Positions 18,888 through 29,433 of a DNA stretch of 64,000 nucleotides are shown here, piece after piece. This DNA comes from Candidatus Vogelbacteria bacterium. Its GTDB lineage: Bacteria; Patescibacteriota; Minisyncoccia; Phycocordibacterales; XYD1-FULL-46-19. The translations under genes were made by a program, and so were the position numbers. The notes beneath the pieces were generated by a model, which searched no databases, was not told where the DNA came from, and worked only from the letters and a program-made list of their open reading frames with translations. The stretch spans positions 3,993 through 67,992 of the forward strand of contig JACPIA010000011.1 in the NCBI GenBank assembly GCA_016188295.1, in the 5' to 3' direction. Every line of letters starts with the position of its first letter. The first letter of the stretch is position 1.

Positions 18888-20261
18888 TTAAAAATTATCA
18901 CTCAGATCACCTAAAGTGACGCCTAATAACATTTTAGCAGATTGAAAGAGGCTGTCGGGGTTGTTAATATGCACTTCTAAATTAGCCACACCAGTTGAAC
19001 GACTGTTCTCAACTCCTAAACTAGGGCGATTATTACCAATCATCTCACCATTGAGGAACCAATTGTAATTTAAACCACCATCAATCACTAAATTTTGAGG
19101 AAAAAAGTACGGTACCACCCTAATAATTGATTGATTTTTAGTGAGAGTAAAGTTGGTTTGGAGAGCTTGAGCGTAATTGGGCCCAGTCAAAGCGCTCTCT
19201 TCATAAAACAACAATCGGGGTTTAGTAATGGGAATTAAAATAGTGTTATTAGCTCGGAGACTGCCATCGCGGTTCTCGACTGACACTGTGATTTCTTTAG
19301 TTCCGCCAATTGGCGCCTTAAAAGTATAAGTATCTTTACCAAGACCAGAAGATAAAGTCATAGTTTTACCATCATCGCTCCAGTTATAAACTAATTCTGT
19401 GGGCGGTAATTGACGCTTAGTTCGATCAATTAAGATCGGTAGGGCGGTCACTTGGCCAACGGATTCCAAGCTAATTGGCTTACCACCTAAATAGCCAGGT
19501 GGAGTGTAAGTGTCACCACGCCAGATCAAATCTACCTGAGTCGGGATAATCGAGATCGTTACTGTTTTAGTCGAGCTATTAACTGGTATGATTTGAGCTT
19601 TAACTATTACTGGGACACCAATTTTACCGGTTGTCAGACTCAAATGAGAATCGTTATTATTCAGGATTTTTTTGCCATCAATTTGCCAATTAACCTGCGA
19701 ACGCTCAAGGTCAAAAGAGTAACTGGTTAAATCAATAGTGGTTTGGGTGGCTGGTCCGGGGTCACGTGGAGTAATTCGGATCGTTAAGTCCGGAGTGGTG
19801 ATGATATTAGAATCTGCTAACACACTACTAACAGGCAGTAAACAAAGTAAAACAATCGCCACTTTTTTGATAATTTCTCTACCAATCATTTTGAGTTTAA
19901 CTGGGATTCGATTAGTTGGGTTCGCTGGAGCGGGATTAGCTTTTTCTCGATCTTCTTGGTCGGCTTGACGGATGGTTAAGTAAGTGCCGATTAAAAACCA
20001 AGGTAAAAAATTTAATATCGGCACTGCTTCCGCGAACCATGTACCAACGGTTTTTTTAAGCTGTCTAGTGCCGAATAATTTAACACTATTAAGTAAACAG
20101 ATAGAGCCAAAAATTAGATAATAAATTACAGATACCACAGTATTAATTATAGTACCAATCACCAATAACAGTAAAATAATTTGAATAATATCAGCCAAAG
20201 TCGCCACGGTGTAAAGAGTTATTCGGGTTAGCAAACTTAAACGATATTGAACCGGAGACAT
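18888..20261 (-). CDS. Membrane protein with N-terminal TM helices and extracellular beta-rich (Ig-like) region; hypothetical T4SS component
   Basis: 457 aa with N-terminal hydrophobic helices. The remainder is predicted extracytoplasmic. In the operon between the VirB4 genes and the hydrolase. Confidence 0.45.
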   Translation of the reverse strand: MSPVQYRLSLLTRITLYTVATLADIIQIILLLLVIGTIINTVVSVIYYLIFGSICLLNSVKLFGTRQLKKTVGTWFAEAVPILNFLPWFLIGTYLTIRQADQEDREKANPAPANPTNRIPVKLKMIGREIIKKVAIVLLCLLPVSSVLADSNIITTPDLTIRITPRDPGPATQTTIDLTSYSFDLERSQVNWQIDGKKILNNNDSHLSLTTGKIGVPVIVKAQIIPVNSSTKTVTISIIPTQVDLIWRGDTYTPPGYLGGKPISLESVGQVTALPILIDRTKRQLPPTELVYNWSDDGKTMTLSSGLGKDTYTFKAPIGGTKEITVSVENRDGSLRANNTILIPITKPRLLFYEESALTGPNYAQALQTNFTLTKNQSIIRVVPYFFPQNLVIDGGLNYNWFLNGEMIGNNRPSLGVENSRSTGVANLEVHINNPDSLFQSAKMLLGVTLGDLSDNF

Positions 20262-20266
20262 AATAT

Positions 20267-22078
20267 TTACTGGCTGGTGGCTAAATCAACCTTTGATTGT
20301 TTGATCGCTAAGAGTTGTGACGGGTCCGAGGTGATGATCTGATCTTCGGTATAGGAGGCAATAATCTTAATGGCTACGTGTTTGAGGCCGGCAAAAAAAA
20401 TTCCTTCTCCCACATTAGACTCTAAGAGCAAGAATTTTTCCTCATCGGTTAAATTAAAAGTTTTTTGGACTAAATCAATGGAAGCTGGTGATTGCTTCAG
20501 TAATAATTGGATCGAAGAGTTAGTGATAATCGGTAAGCCATAAGGTGATTTAAGGAAGTCACCGACATCTTGAGTAATAGTAGCAATCCCTAAATAGTAT
20601 TTACGTCCGCGTTTAACCAAGGAAAAAAGGAACGAAGCGGTATCCTCCGTCTTCATCATCCACCATGCCTCGTCCACCACCATTAAGCGCTTTTTCAGAT
20701 TGCGACGGACGGCATTCCAAATATGATGCATCACCACATACATGGCTACTGGTTTAAGTTCATCCTCCATGTCTCGCACCGAGAAGACGACAAACTTTTT
20801 ATTAATATCCACATTGGTCGGCCGATTAATAAAACCAGACCATGAGCCTTGAGTGTATTTGAGCAAGCGTTGGGCCAACGATTCCCCGCCTTCCATTCCC
20901 GCAAGCACCAGCTCCAAGTCAGACAATAGCGGGGCTGGCTTGTTTGAAAAATCAGTATCCGGAGTAATATCTTTAAGGGCGTAAGTCTCACTAATAGCAC
21001 TATCAATAATCGAATCTTCTTCCGGAGTCAGGCCACCCAACATAATCCGGAACAAGCCCACTAAGTTGATAATATTGGAGCGCAAAATATCGGCTGGCGA
21101 TTCATCATCACGAGGGATCGGTAAATCAAACGGATTGATATGGTGCTCGGAAGTAAGTGAAATATTAAAATAACGTCCACCGACCGCCTCGCTTAAAAAC
21201 TCATACTCCCGCTCGGGATCGATGACAATCACATCAGTTTCAAACATTAAACTGCGCAAAATCTCAAGTTTAGTAGTGTAGGATTTACCGGCGCCCGATT
21301 TGGCAAAAATGACCGAGTTATAGTTTTCCAGTGAAAAACGATCAAACAAGACCAGCGAAGCGTTGTGACGATTAACGCCATAGAGAATCCCTTGATTAGA
21401 AGTAAGATCAAAAGAAATAAACGGGAACAGACTGGAAAGAGGTGACGAATTTAATTTGGAATTGATATTAAGCAAATCAAGACCAAGAGGAACCACACTC
21501 TTAAAACCATCTTCTTGTCGGAGAAAAGCCGGCTTTAAGTAAATTAATTTAGAATCTAAAATCGATTTAATGGTATTTTCCGTTTTAGATAATTCTTCCT
21601 CGGTATCCTCATAAATAGTGATGTAGAGACCCACGGAAAAAAGTTTTTCCCGAGCTTGTTGGAGTTGGTCGCGCAGGCTCTCGATGTCGCGATAAGCGAC
21701 ATCGAGTACGGGATCACGAACCAACCCCTTTTCTTCTCTAATCTGGACTTGACTTTGGACTTCAGCCACTTTTCTTTGTAAGTTGCGCAAAGCGCCAGCG
21801 GTATCGATCGGATGGACATAAATCGAGACATCAAACACTTTATCAAGATTGATGATTGGTGAAAACCAACCTTCACTTAAAAAGCGCGGGTATGAGATGA
21901 CAAAAAACGTACGCGCCACCTTTTCCCCCAAGTTAATGCTTTGGGAACTAATTTGCAGTGCCGCCGGAGCGATAATATCTTTTAACTCTAAGATCCCAGC
22001 CTGATATACATCGGCCGGTAAAATTGGTAAGACCGAGGTGTCGGTAACCGAGTTTAAAGTTTTTCTAAATAAAGCCAT
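20267..22078 (-). CDS. VirB4/TrbE-family T4SS ATPase, C-terminal ATPase part (split gene)
   Basis: Walker A AKSGAGKSY and Walker B MVVDEAWWMM (the DEAW motif typical of VirB4). 603 aa. Begins 6 nt after the stop of the upstream N-terminal part. Confidence 0.75.
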   Translation of the reverse strand: MALFRKTLNSVTDTSVLPILPADVYQAGILELKDIIAPAALQISSQSINLGEKVARTFFVISYPRFLSEGWFSPIINLDKVFDVSIYVHPIDTAGALRNLQRKVAEVQSQVQIREEKGLVRDPVLDVAYRDIESLRDQLQQAREKLFSVGLYITIYEDTEEELSKTENTIKSILDSKLIYLKPAFLRQEDGFKSVVPLGLDLLNINSKLNSSPLSSLFPFISFDLTSNQGILYGVNRHNASLVLFDRFSLENYNSVIFAKSGAGKSYTTKLEILRSLMFETDVIVIDPEREYEFLSEAVGGRYFNISLTSEHHINPFDLPIPRDDESPADILRSNIINLVGLFRIMLGGLTPEEDSIIDSAISETYALKDITPDTDFSNKPAPLLSDLELVLAGMEGGESLAQRLLKYTQGSWSGFINRPTNVDINKKFVVFSVRDMEDELKPVAMYVVMHHIWNAVRRNLKKRLMVVDEAWWMMKTEDTASFLFSLVKRGRKYYLGIATITQDVGDFLKSPYGLPIITNSSIQLLLKQSPASIDLVQKTFNLTDEEKFLLLESNVGEGIFFAGLKHVAIKIIASYTEDQIITSDPSQLLAIKQSKVDLATSQ

Positions 22079-22084
22079 ATCTTA

Positions 22085-22708
22085 TTATACCGTCTCAGGG
22101 ATATTAACCTCGCCGGGATTAAAAGCCTTGAAGTAAAGCTCGACCAGTTCTTCGGTGCCCAAAAGCTCGACGCGGACCCCCAAGCGTCCCAAACCTTGAC
22201 GGACTACGTCGACTCTCTGCTCTAATTGATTGCGCTCCTCTTCAAACGCCAGGGTCTCCACCGTCTTAGCTGGTTGGCGTTTGAATAATTTAATCCACCA
22301 GCCTTGGCGATTTTGAATAATCGGTGGAGTGTAAGGGATGACCACAAAAAAACTTTTGGTCATAATATTATTATTCTCGGTAAAACTTTTAATAAATTCG
22401 ATATACTCTTGTGTCTGGACTTTAAGCAAGTCATTGGTTTGGCTTTTTAAGCGTTCTTCTAAAATACTGATGTAGGGGCGGATATCTAATCGGCGCGATT
22501 GAACAAATATTTGCAAGTAAAAATCCAGCGAATTAAGAAAGTTTTGGTATTGGAGCAATAGGCCTTGTTGTTCGTCACGGGACTTTAAAGCAAAATTAAT
22601 AGATGAGGCAATAAGTACAGCCCGTAGCGATCCATCTTTTAGTACCACGACGCCGTCGCGGACTTCTTCGATAGGGACAAATGATTGAGTGCTTTTAGGA
22701 GTGGTCAT
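22085..22708 (-). CDS. VirB4-family ATPase, N-terminal part (split gene)
   Basis: 207 aa. The N-terminal region VPIEEVRDGVVVLKDGSLRAVL resembles the VirB4 N-terminus. Ends with tandem stops TAA TAA. Combined with the next ORF it is about 810 aa, a typical VirB4 length. Confidence 0.6.
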   Translation of the reverse strand: MTTPKSTQSFVPIEEVRDGVVVLKDGSLRAVLIASSINFALKSRDEQQGLLLQYQNFLNSLDFYLQIFVQSRRLDIRPYISILEERLKSQTNDLLKVQTQEYIEFIKSFTENNNIMTKSFFVVIPYTPPIIQNRQGWWIKLFKRQPAKTVETLAFEEERNQLEQRVDVVRQGLGRLGVRVELLGTEELVELYFKAFNPGEVNIPETV

Positions 22709-22712
22709 ATTA

Positions 22713-23114
22713 TTATTTAATCTTTTCCGTGATATCCAAACTCCAAGCTAAGTCGTGTAATTTGCTTTTTGATAATTTAGGGATGGTGGGCGCTAGTGGT
22801 TTAGTAGTTATTTGAGACGTTATTGTTTTGGGCGCCTCTTTTTTCCAGATGTAATTTTTACGAGCCAAGGCAAAATAGAGACCAGCTTCGAGTATCGCAA
22901 TGAAGGGCTGGTTATTGTACTTAAAAAAAGCCAGCGCCAGCCCTAGTCCGGCCACTGCCAGCATCGGGATAATTTTAATCGCAAAAGGTAAGGGTAAAGT
23001 ATAAACCAAAAAGGCCAATCCTCCCCCACCAGTCAAATAGATAAATTGTTTAAAAGTAAGGGGGCCAAAGACCTGATCCTCGACCTCGATAAATTGTGGG
23101 ACTTGAAAGTTCAT
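22713..23114 (-). CDS. VirB3-like small two-TM membrane protein
   Basis: 133 aa, two hydrophobic helices, immediately upstream of VirB4 as in T4SS loci. Confidence 0.4.
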   Translation of the reverse strand: MNFQVPQFIEVEDQVFGPLTFKQFIYLTGGGGLAFLVYTLPLPFAIKIIPMLAVAGLGLALAFFKYNNQPFIAILEAGLYFALARKNYIWKKEAPKTITSQITTKPLAPTIPKLSKSKLHDLAWSLDITEKIK

Positions 23115-23120
23115 AATTGT

Positions 23121-23567
23121 TTACTCGATCGATTCGCGATACGGATCATTTACCTGACGCACGGTCTCGGTGCGAGCCAGTGAGATTGGATGAGACAAGC
23201 GCTCTCGGAAAATAGGCTGATTAGGTGCGGGGACATTTGTTTTGGGTTCCGTTAAAGCTAAGAGCGACTCTCTAATTTTAGCAAAAATCTCAGCATTTAC
23301 CTCACTGGTAACTACCCGGGCCTCATCAGGGGTAAAACCGTACTCCTCACGGAGATTAATCGGTAAGCGATTAGGGTGGATTAAACCAAGTAAAATAAGC
23401 CCAACCTCATCAGCTAATCCTCCAATTTTGTCTAAATGAAGATTATGACGTAAGCCAATGGATTTAATGGTTTTGGCGGTGTCTAGAGAGTTAAAAACCT
23501 CCTGAATCTCCTCCGGTAATAATTTAAATTGGTTATTCAATTCTTCTGGAGTGTAAGTTTTAGACAT
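23121..23567 (-). CDS. Hypothetical cytoplasmic protein of the T4SS-like operon
   Basis: 148 aa with no TM segment. Position is conserved between the VirB6-like and VirB3-like genes. Confidence 0.4.
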   Translation of the reverse strand: MSKTYTPEELNNQFKLLPEEIQEVFNSLDTAKTIKSIGLRHNLHLDKIGGLADEVGLILLGLIHPNRLPINLREEYGFTPDEARVVTSEVNAEIFAKIRESLLALTEPKTNVPAPNQPIFRERLSHPISLARTETVRQVNDPYRESIE

Positions 23568-23569
23568 AG

Positions 23570-26524
23570 TTACATTATTAATCCAGTAGTCTGGTCAACA
23601 TAAGCCGGGTTATTTATAAATTGATCAAATTGACCATTAACATTAGCGCGCAGAGGAGCGGTCTGGTTTATTGCCGCTCTTTGTAATTCTTGTTTAATCC
23701 GCAATATCACATCACCATTCATTTTGCGGCCAATATTTTTAAAGTCATCAATCGACAAGCCCGCTTGGTCAATCTTAGTTAACATTTGCGCGTTCTGAGT
23801 AAATAAGTTAACTGCTTCTGATTTATTGCCAGACACTAGGTTTGGTAGATGATCATTAATCGCTCCAACTAAAGTTTGTCGATCAGCGGTAGTGGCTTGA
23901 GCAATACTTCTTAATTCGGACAATGCTTGCTGAACTTGCGCTGGAGTAATTGGTGGAGTTTGGCCACTAGTCTGATTACTTCCCCCGGCACGATCGCTAC
24001 CATCTCTAATTGGAGTGGTATTAGTATTACCGATTTGATTAGTGTTACCAGTCGGATTAGTTTCTGTTGTTTGTGTAGTTGAAGTTGGTTTAGGAATACC
24101 CCAACTGGCTCTAGTGTTGCCGGCTCCAATTTCCTGATAAAGGGCATTATTTTGGTTTTGGATATAGTTACGCATCTGTTCCAATTGACTATGGTTGAGC
24201 TTATCACGAATGGCATTAATCTCACTGTAGTTTAGGGATTTTGCAACCACTGGATTAATTAGCGTGTCGATCTTAAAGTCTTTAAGATCGTTATTATTAA
24301 AGCCAGCCAAGGTCTCATTAACCGCTTTTTCGGTGGCATCAATTTTATCTTGAGTGGCCTTGTTGGCAACATTTTTACCATTTACCTTAACAACATTACC
24401 ACTGCTATCTTTTGCGTGTTCGTCTTTAATATTTCCTGCTTCATCAAATAGATCATTTACTGATTTAGTGGCGTTTTCAATAGTTTTGCCCGCTTTATCA
24501 ATTTTATCTTTTTTATCTTTCTTCTTCTTGTCCTCCTCCTCTTTTTCAACGTCTTTTAATTTTTTAGCATCTTCCGCCCGCTCTTTACCCGCTTTGCCTA
24601 AAAAGCCAATCCCTAAACCACTAGTAGTAGCAACAGTGTCGCTCGCATAACGAAGAGGGTGTAATATATTTTCCTTGATTGGTTTGGTGGTAGAAATAAC
24701 TTTTTTACCTAGATCGGTTTTAGCCAAATAATCACCGACTGGTTTTATTTTTTTATACGTTGTATCCACTAGTCGACCACCCGCTCCCCCAAGGAATGTT
24801 TTATCAGTTTTTGAGGCGACCGCACCAATTGCTCGGCCACCATAACCACCTGTTTTTCTAATCGTACCCCAGGCGGCCCCAGCACCCAAAGCGGTGATTC
24901 CCCCTGCTAGTGCCATGGCGCCAGTCGCGCCAATACCACCAATCTTTTTGGCAATGACTAGTGAATAGACCATAAAGCCGATTAAAATGATATAAGCAAT
25001 CAAGAGACGGAAAAAATCAAAACTAACACTACCAGTGCCATCAGCATCAACACGGGGCGCGCCTGTATTACTAATTGTAATAGCTTGAGCAATTTGAATG
25101 GTGATATAAAACATAATCATAAACACCGGCAACCAGACCGTTTCAGAAATTAACTTGTTCCACCAACCACCAGTTTCTTTTTTAAGAAAGTCTGGTAAAA
25201 TCATCGAACCAAAGGCAATTGGTGAGGTCATGATTAACATCAACAGGGTGATAATTCTCACTATCAACATAAAAGCCACCGTTAATAATACAAAGGCGGC
25301 TACTAACACTAGAATAATCTGCACAAATGAATCAAAAATGATCCGATAAGCTTCATATCGGCTAGTATTTTCATTTAGTCCAAATTGATTATTGGTATCG
25401 CCATTATAATCATTAAGACCCAGTGGCATTTTATCGATTAGTGCTCTAACTAAGTCAGGAGCCTTGGTAATGCTGGTATTGTTTGTTTGGCCGTTGATCG
25501 GAGTCATTCCACGATAAAAGGTTACCGATATCACATTGGTGGCATCAATGATTATTTTAGGGAAAATGGCGCTGAAGTTGATCAGCAGAGCGGCAATAAT
25601 GATATTAGTGATCATTTTTTTAGCATTAACTTCCGATCGGCGTAAAATGGTGCCAATGGCCACGTAAAGTAAAATAAAAATAAAAGCGATATTAAACAAA
25701 TCACGAATGATGGTCCAACCGATATTGATCGCGGTACCCAATGGGAAATATAATTTGTCACTGTTTCCTCCGGAAGTTTTAAGATACTCATGAAAATCTA
25801 TCACTGATAATTTTAATATGGCGTTAAATAATTCATTGGCCAAATACAGGATCCAAGCAAAAACAGATAAAACTATACGCATTAGGTAAGCCGTACCATA
25901 GAGTAGACAATCTTGGATCGTCCAACTAAGTATTCCGGAACACCGAAGCATATTATCCTTATTCCGGATCTCGGTTTCGTGATCACTAATACTACTAGTA
26001 AGGGTAGTCTGGTGATTAGTGGCAATTTGACGCTCGTTTTCCAAGAATCGTATTTGATTTTGCAGATACTCATTTTCTACCGCATCTTCGCTAGTCGATA
26101 AATCTAAACCAATTTGTTGATCCCTTAAGTTTTGGATTTGTTCGTCATAATTAGCCCATCCAACATAATCTCTGATTGCGTCTCTTTGGCGATAAAAGTT
26201 ACTGATGCCAGCACTGGTTGGGTATTTTTCATTAAGCCAATTATTAAAACTAGTGATAGTTTGACGAGAGCAACCATCCCGCCCAGTGTTTTGAGTGTCC
26301 CGACAAAATCTATCTAAATAATCTCGCCCATAATCTTGCCCAACCACCTGACTAGTGGTGTAATCGATCATTCCAGTACCACCTTGAGCATAAATAATTT
26401 GTGGTAGAGTTATTAAAAACAACACCATCAACAACCGTAATAACTGGCTATTTTTAATAGTAAAAAACTCTTTCATCTTACAATAGTAGTTTCGACTTCG
26501 GCGGATTGGGTACCGTTGGTGCAA
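23570..26524 (-). CDS. VirB6/TrbL-like polytopic membrane protein with long low-complexity C-terminal tail
   Basis: 984 aa. Signal peptide, about 200-aa extracytoplasmic domain, many TM helices, then an about 400-aa G/K/D/E/T/N-rich tail. Confidence 0.45.
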   Translation of the reverse strand: MHQRYPIRRSRNYYCKMKEFFTIKNSQLLRLLMVLFLITLPQIIYAQGGTGMIDYTTSQVVGQDYGRDYLDRFCRDTQNTGRDGCSRQTITSFNNWLNEKYPTSAGISNFYRQRDAIRDYVGWANYDEQIQNLRDQQIGLDLSTSEDAVENEYLQNQIRFLENERQIATNHQTTLTSSISDHETEIRNKDNMLRCSGILSWTIQDCLLYGTAYLMRIVLSVFAWILYLANELFNAILKLSVIDFHEYLKTSGGNSDKLYFPLGTAINIGWTIIRDLFNIAFIFILLYVAIGTILRRSEVNAKKMITNIIIAALLINFSAIFPKIIIDATNVISVTFYRGMTPINGQTNNTSITKAPDLVRALIDKMPLGLNDYNGDTNNQFGLNENTSRYEAYRIIFDSFVQIILVLVAAFVLLTVAFMLIVRIITLLMLIMTSPIAFGSMILPDFLKKETGGWWNKLISETVWLPVFMIMFYITIQIAQAITISNTGAPRVDADGTGSVSFDFFRLLIAYIILIGFMVYSLVIAKKIGGIGATGAMALAGGITALGAGAAWGTIRKTGGYGGRAIGAVASKTDKTFLGGAGGRLVDTTYKKIKPVGDYLAKTDLGKKVISTTKPIKENILHPLRYASDTVATTSGLGIGFLGKAGKERAEDAKKLKDVEKEEEDKKKKDKKDKIDKAGKTIENATKSVNDLFDEAGNIKDEHAKDSSGNVVKVNGKNVANKATQDKIDATEKAVNETLAGFNNNDLKDFKIDTLINPVVAKSLNYSEINAIRDKLNHSQLEQMRNYIQNQNNALYQEIGAGNTRASWGIPKPTSTTQTTETNPTGNTNQIGNTNTTPIRDGSDRAGGSNQTSGQTPPITPAQVQQALSELRSIAQATTADRQTLVGAINDHLPNLVSGNKSEAVNLFTQNAQMLTKIDQAGLSIDDFKNIGRKMNGDVILRIKQELQRAAINQTAPLRANVNGQFDQFINNPAYVDQTTGLIM

Positions 26525-29433
26525 CGGAGACGATACACTGGCGGTGCGGTGGTAATATCAATTTGACCAGTGCCAATCGAGGTTAATGAGGTGTAAGTAA
26601 AGCGGTACAAAGCAAAAGTGGGGTTGGCGCCAATTGCCGCTTTTAGTTTATCAATCATTGTGCTTACAGTATCGTTCTCGGCAACAGTGACACTAACACT
26701 GCTCGGAGTGCCACCGGCCGCCAGTTTAATAGTTATGACATCTCCCGTCACAATATCACTAGTCTGTAATGCCAAAGAGGCATTACCCCTTAGGCGATCA
26801 CCACTAATGCTTGGGGCAATAGTTAAATTAGACTCAGTTGTGTTTCGGGTTCGGGTAAAAGCGACCTCAAAAGTAAAAGGGAATTTAATACTCAATGAGC
26901 CATAGCGTTCAACTTCTTCACCACTGCGTTTAAGGACTTGGAGCGTGCCAGTGGCGCTTCCGGCCGAGAGCCAAGGATTGCCGGCCACACAACTGTCACC
27001 AATGATTAGCGACCAGTTGATTGTGGCGGTATTAGGCGCTGTACCGTTGGTAATATTACCTAAACTAGGTGAGGTAAAACGGATGCGAGCGGTGGGAGGA
27101 ATCAGGTTTAATAAATCACCAGGGTTGATATTAGGTAAATTACCACCCAGATTCGAACCACCATTGCCACCACCGAGGTGGAAGAAATTAATTAGGCCAT
27201 TGGCACGAGAGGCCCCCGGAGCGTTGAGAGTTTGGATGAGTTCAGTATTTGGTTCGGCGCCTTTAACTAAGTCGGTTTGTTCATCAACGCTGACTAATTT
27301 TTCAATCCGAGCTTCGTTAACCGACTCTAAATTAGCGCCAATAATTCGACCCGGGGTAACGGTGATCCATTTTACACAATTATTCTCTTGGTCGTACTTG
27401 TTACACTCTTTTTTAGGGGCAATACCTTGGCCGGCCAAGTATTCATCACGGGCATTTTGCTCGGCCGCCGCTTGACGCTGGCTTTGGATTGCTAAATTGT
27501 TTAACAGCGAGGAACTCGGATTGTTATTTTTAGTAAAATCGTGGAATTTGAGAAAGCGATCCCAAAAGGTTGCGGAGTCAAGCTGGTCCGGATTATTGAT
27601 TAGTTCTTGATATTCACTTCGACTTAAAGTTGATTGGTAAGGGTCATTCAACTCATCACCCTTTAGCGTTTTAAGGGTCTGTTTGCGAAAGGTGTCGCTC
27701 GAGCGTTCCAATTCAGCTAAGCCGATTTTCATAGCCTCCTCGCGCGCCTCCCTCACATAAGTGGCCGGATCTTTAACTAATTCATTTTTCTTAATAAAAT
27801 TAACCACTTGATTACCAATTTTATCGAGATTTTTAGCTGACTGTTCCGAAGCTTTGCGATCATCCACTAATTCTTTTTTCTGCATATCGGCGGCGATTTT
27901 TTTAGCTGTCTCGGTATCGGCACAATTTTTGTTTTCGAGATCTCTGATTTTTTTAGTATCGATACTGATGCCACTCTGATCATTAACCAATGCGTCCGTC
28001 GGTACTCGGGCGAATGGTAGAATGTTTATTACTTGATCAATTGCACCATTAACAAAATCATTTACTCGTTGAGTAATACGATTGGAGAGTTCGGTGATGG
28101 GACTTAATACTCGATCCATCATATCGCTTAAACCATCAGCAAAGGGTTGGACCACACTATCAACCAAGCCATCCATAGCGGAGGTAAAGGGCTCGGTAAT
28201 GCTATTAACTAAGCCACCAGTGATTGCTACGATCGGTTCAGTTATTAAATTGACCATACCGCCAATCGCGGCGTTTATTGGGTTAGCGACGGCCGAGAGG
28301 GCGGTGGTCATCGTATCGGAGACCGCTTGGGAGATTGGAGCACTAATTTGAGCCACTACTTCATTAATAGTGTTGTCCAAGCTGGTTAAGGCGATATCGG
28401 AGAGTTCGTCACCCAAGTCGGCCAGCTCATCGCTTAGCGAATCTGCCAATTGATTGCTAGCCGAATTTATTGATTCTCTAAATTCTTGTTGAGAAAAAAT
28501 GATGTTTAATTGCTGGGACAAAATATCCTCCATTTGGCCGGCGATTTCATTGCTAAATTGACCAAACATCGGATTATTTTCAATAGAATCTCCGATTAAG
28601 TTAATTGATCCGTTTAATAATTCATCTCGGAATTGTCCGGCATTGCCTATTAAAATACCTAATTGATTGCGACCTTGAGCTGAAAGAGGTTCGTCATTCA
28701 AATCATCAATGGTGTCGTCAATAGCATCATTAAACTCATCTAACAATTCACCACGAATGTCGGTCGTTAAACCACTGTTCGGATCACGCAGGGCTCCTTG
28801 CAAGATACCTGGTCCCAAGGTACGGAAGTCGTTACTTAAAACTCGCGGTAATTCTCGTTGTAGGCCGTTAAGCAAAATAATCGGTAACTGTTGTTGAATA
28901 ATCGCTCTAATAATGTCTGGGCCAATGTCTTGCGGATCAACCCCTTGATTAATTAAACCGGCAATTTGCGTGGTTAGTTCACGGGTAATACCCTCTGTCA
29001 CTACTTGATTAACCACATCAGGCATACGCTCATTTAAAATACCAGCAAATTGTTCCGGTAATTGCTCTAATAAAGCACCTTCGATAATTTCCGGTAAGCG
29101 CTCTTGGAGCACCCCTTGTAATTTACCAGCCAAACCATCAAAATATTTACTACCCTGACATTTTTGTTTGTCTTTACTGCGATTTTGCTGGAGCTGGCTG
29201 GAGGCTTGATTGCTACCGCTGTTGTAATTATCGGGAACCAATTCCCGATCCTGATTAGGATCGCCATCATAGGTGATATTGTCTCCAGTAACGGTATTAT
29301 TCCAAACACCAGAATCTTCAGTTTCTACAAACACTGCCGCTTGAGTAATGACTGGCAACAAATTTACTACCAACAACAGCCAAGCGATATTAAATTTAAT
29401 TTTGTGAGGTTGAAGTGGCATAAGTAGTATCAT
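26473..29433 (-). CDS. Large secreted repeat protein (986 aa), candidate surface/adhesin component of the T4SS-like locus
   Basis: Signal peptide (LLLVVNLLPVITQAAVF). Internal degenerate repeats (GxVNxITEPxxxA). Overlaps neighbours by 52 nt and 38 nt. Confidence 0.5.
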   Translation of the reverse strand: MILLMPLQPHKIKFNIAWLLLVVNLLPVITQAAVFVETEDSGVWNNTVTGDNITYDGDPNQDRELVPDNYNSGSNQASSQLQQNRSKDKQKCQGSKYFDGLAGKLQGVLQERLPEIIEGALLEQLPEQFAGILNERMPDVVNQVVTEGITRELTTQIAGLINQGVDPQDIGPDIIRAIIQQQLPIILLNGLQRELPRVLSNDFRTLGPGILQGALRDPNSGLTTDIRGELLDEFNDAIDDTIDDLNDEPLSAQGRNQLGILIGNAGQFRDELLNGSINLIGDSIENNPMFGQFSNEIAGQMEDILSQQLNIIFSQQEFRESINSASNQLADSLSDELADLGDELSDIALTSLDNTINEVVAQISAPISQAVSDTMTTALSAVANPINAAIGGMVNLITEPIVAITGGLVNSITEPFTSAMDGLVDSVVQPFADGLSDMMDRVLSPITELSNRITQRVNDFVNGAIDQVINILPFARVPTDALVNDQSGISIDTKKIRDLENKNCADTETAKKIAADMQKKELVDDRKASEQSAKNLDKIGNQVVNFIKKNELVKDPATYVREAREEAMKIGLAELERSSDTFRKQTLKTLKGDELNDPYQSTLSRSEYQELINNPDQLDSATFWDRFLKFHDFTKNNNPSSSLLNNLAIQSQRQAAAEQNARDEYLAGQGIAPKKECNKYDQENNCVKWITVTPGRIIGANLESVNEARIEKLVSVDEQTDLVKGAEPNTELIQTLNAPGASRANGLINFFHLGGGNGGSNLGGNLPNINPGDLLNLIPPTARIRFTSPSLGNITNGTAPNTATINWSLIIGDSCVAGNPWLSAGSATGTLQVLKRSGEEVERYGSLSIKFPFTFEVAFTRTRNTTESNLTIAPSISGDRLRGNASLALQTSDIVTGDVITIKLAAGGTPSSVSVTVAENDTVSTMIDKLKAAIGANPTFALYRFTYTSLTSIGTGQIDITTAPPVYRLRCTNGTQSAEVETTIVR

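Noticed and set aside
18446-24650. Short internal or antisense ORFs (18446..18655, 19738..19968, 20746..21006, 21556..21876, 23242..23439, 23911..24225, 24354..24650, and similar entries through 29427)
   Set aside because: All are embedded within long, motif-supported genes of the T4SS-like operon on the same or opposite strand.
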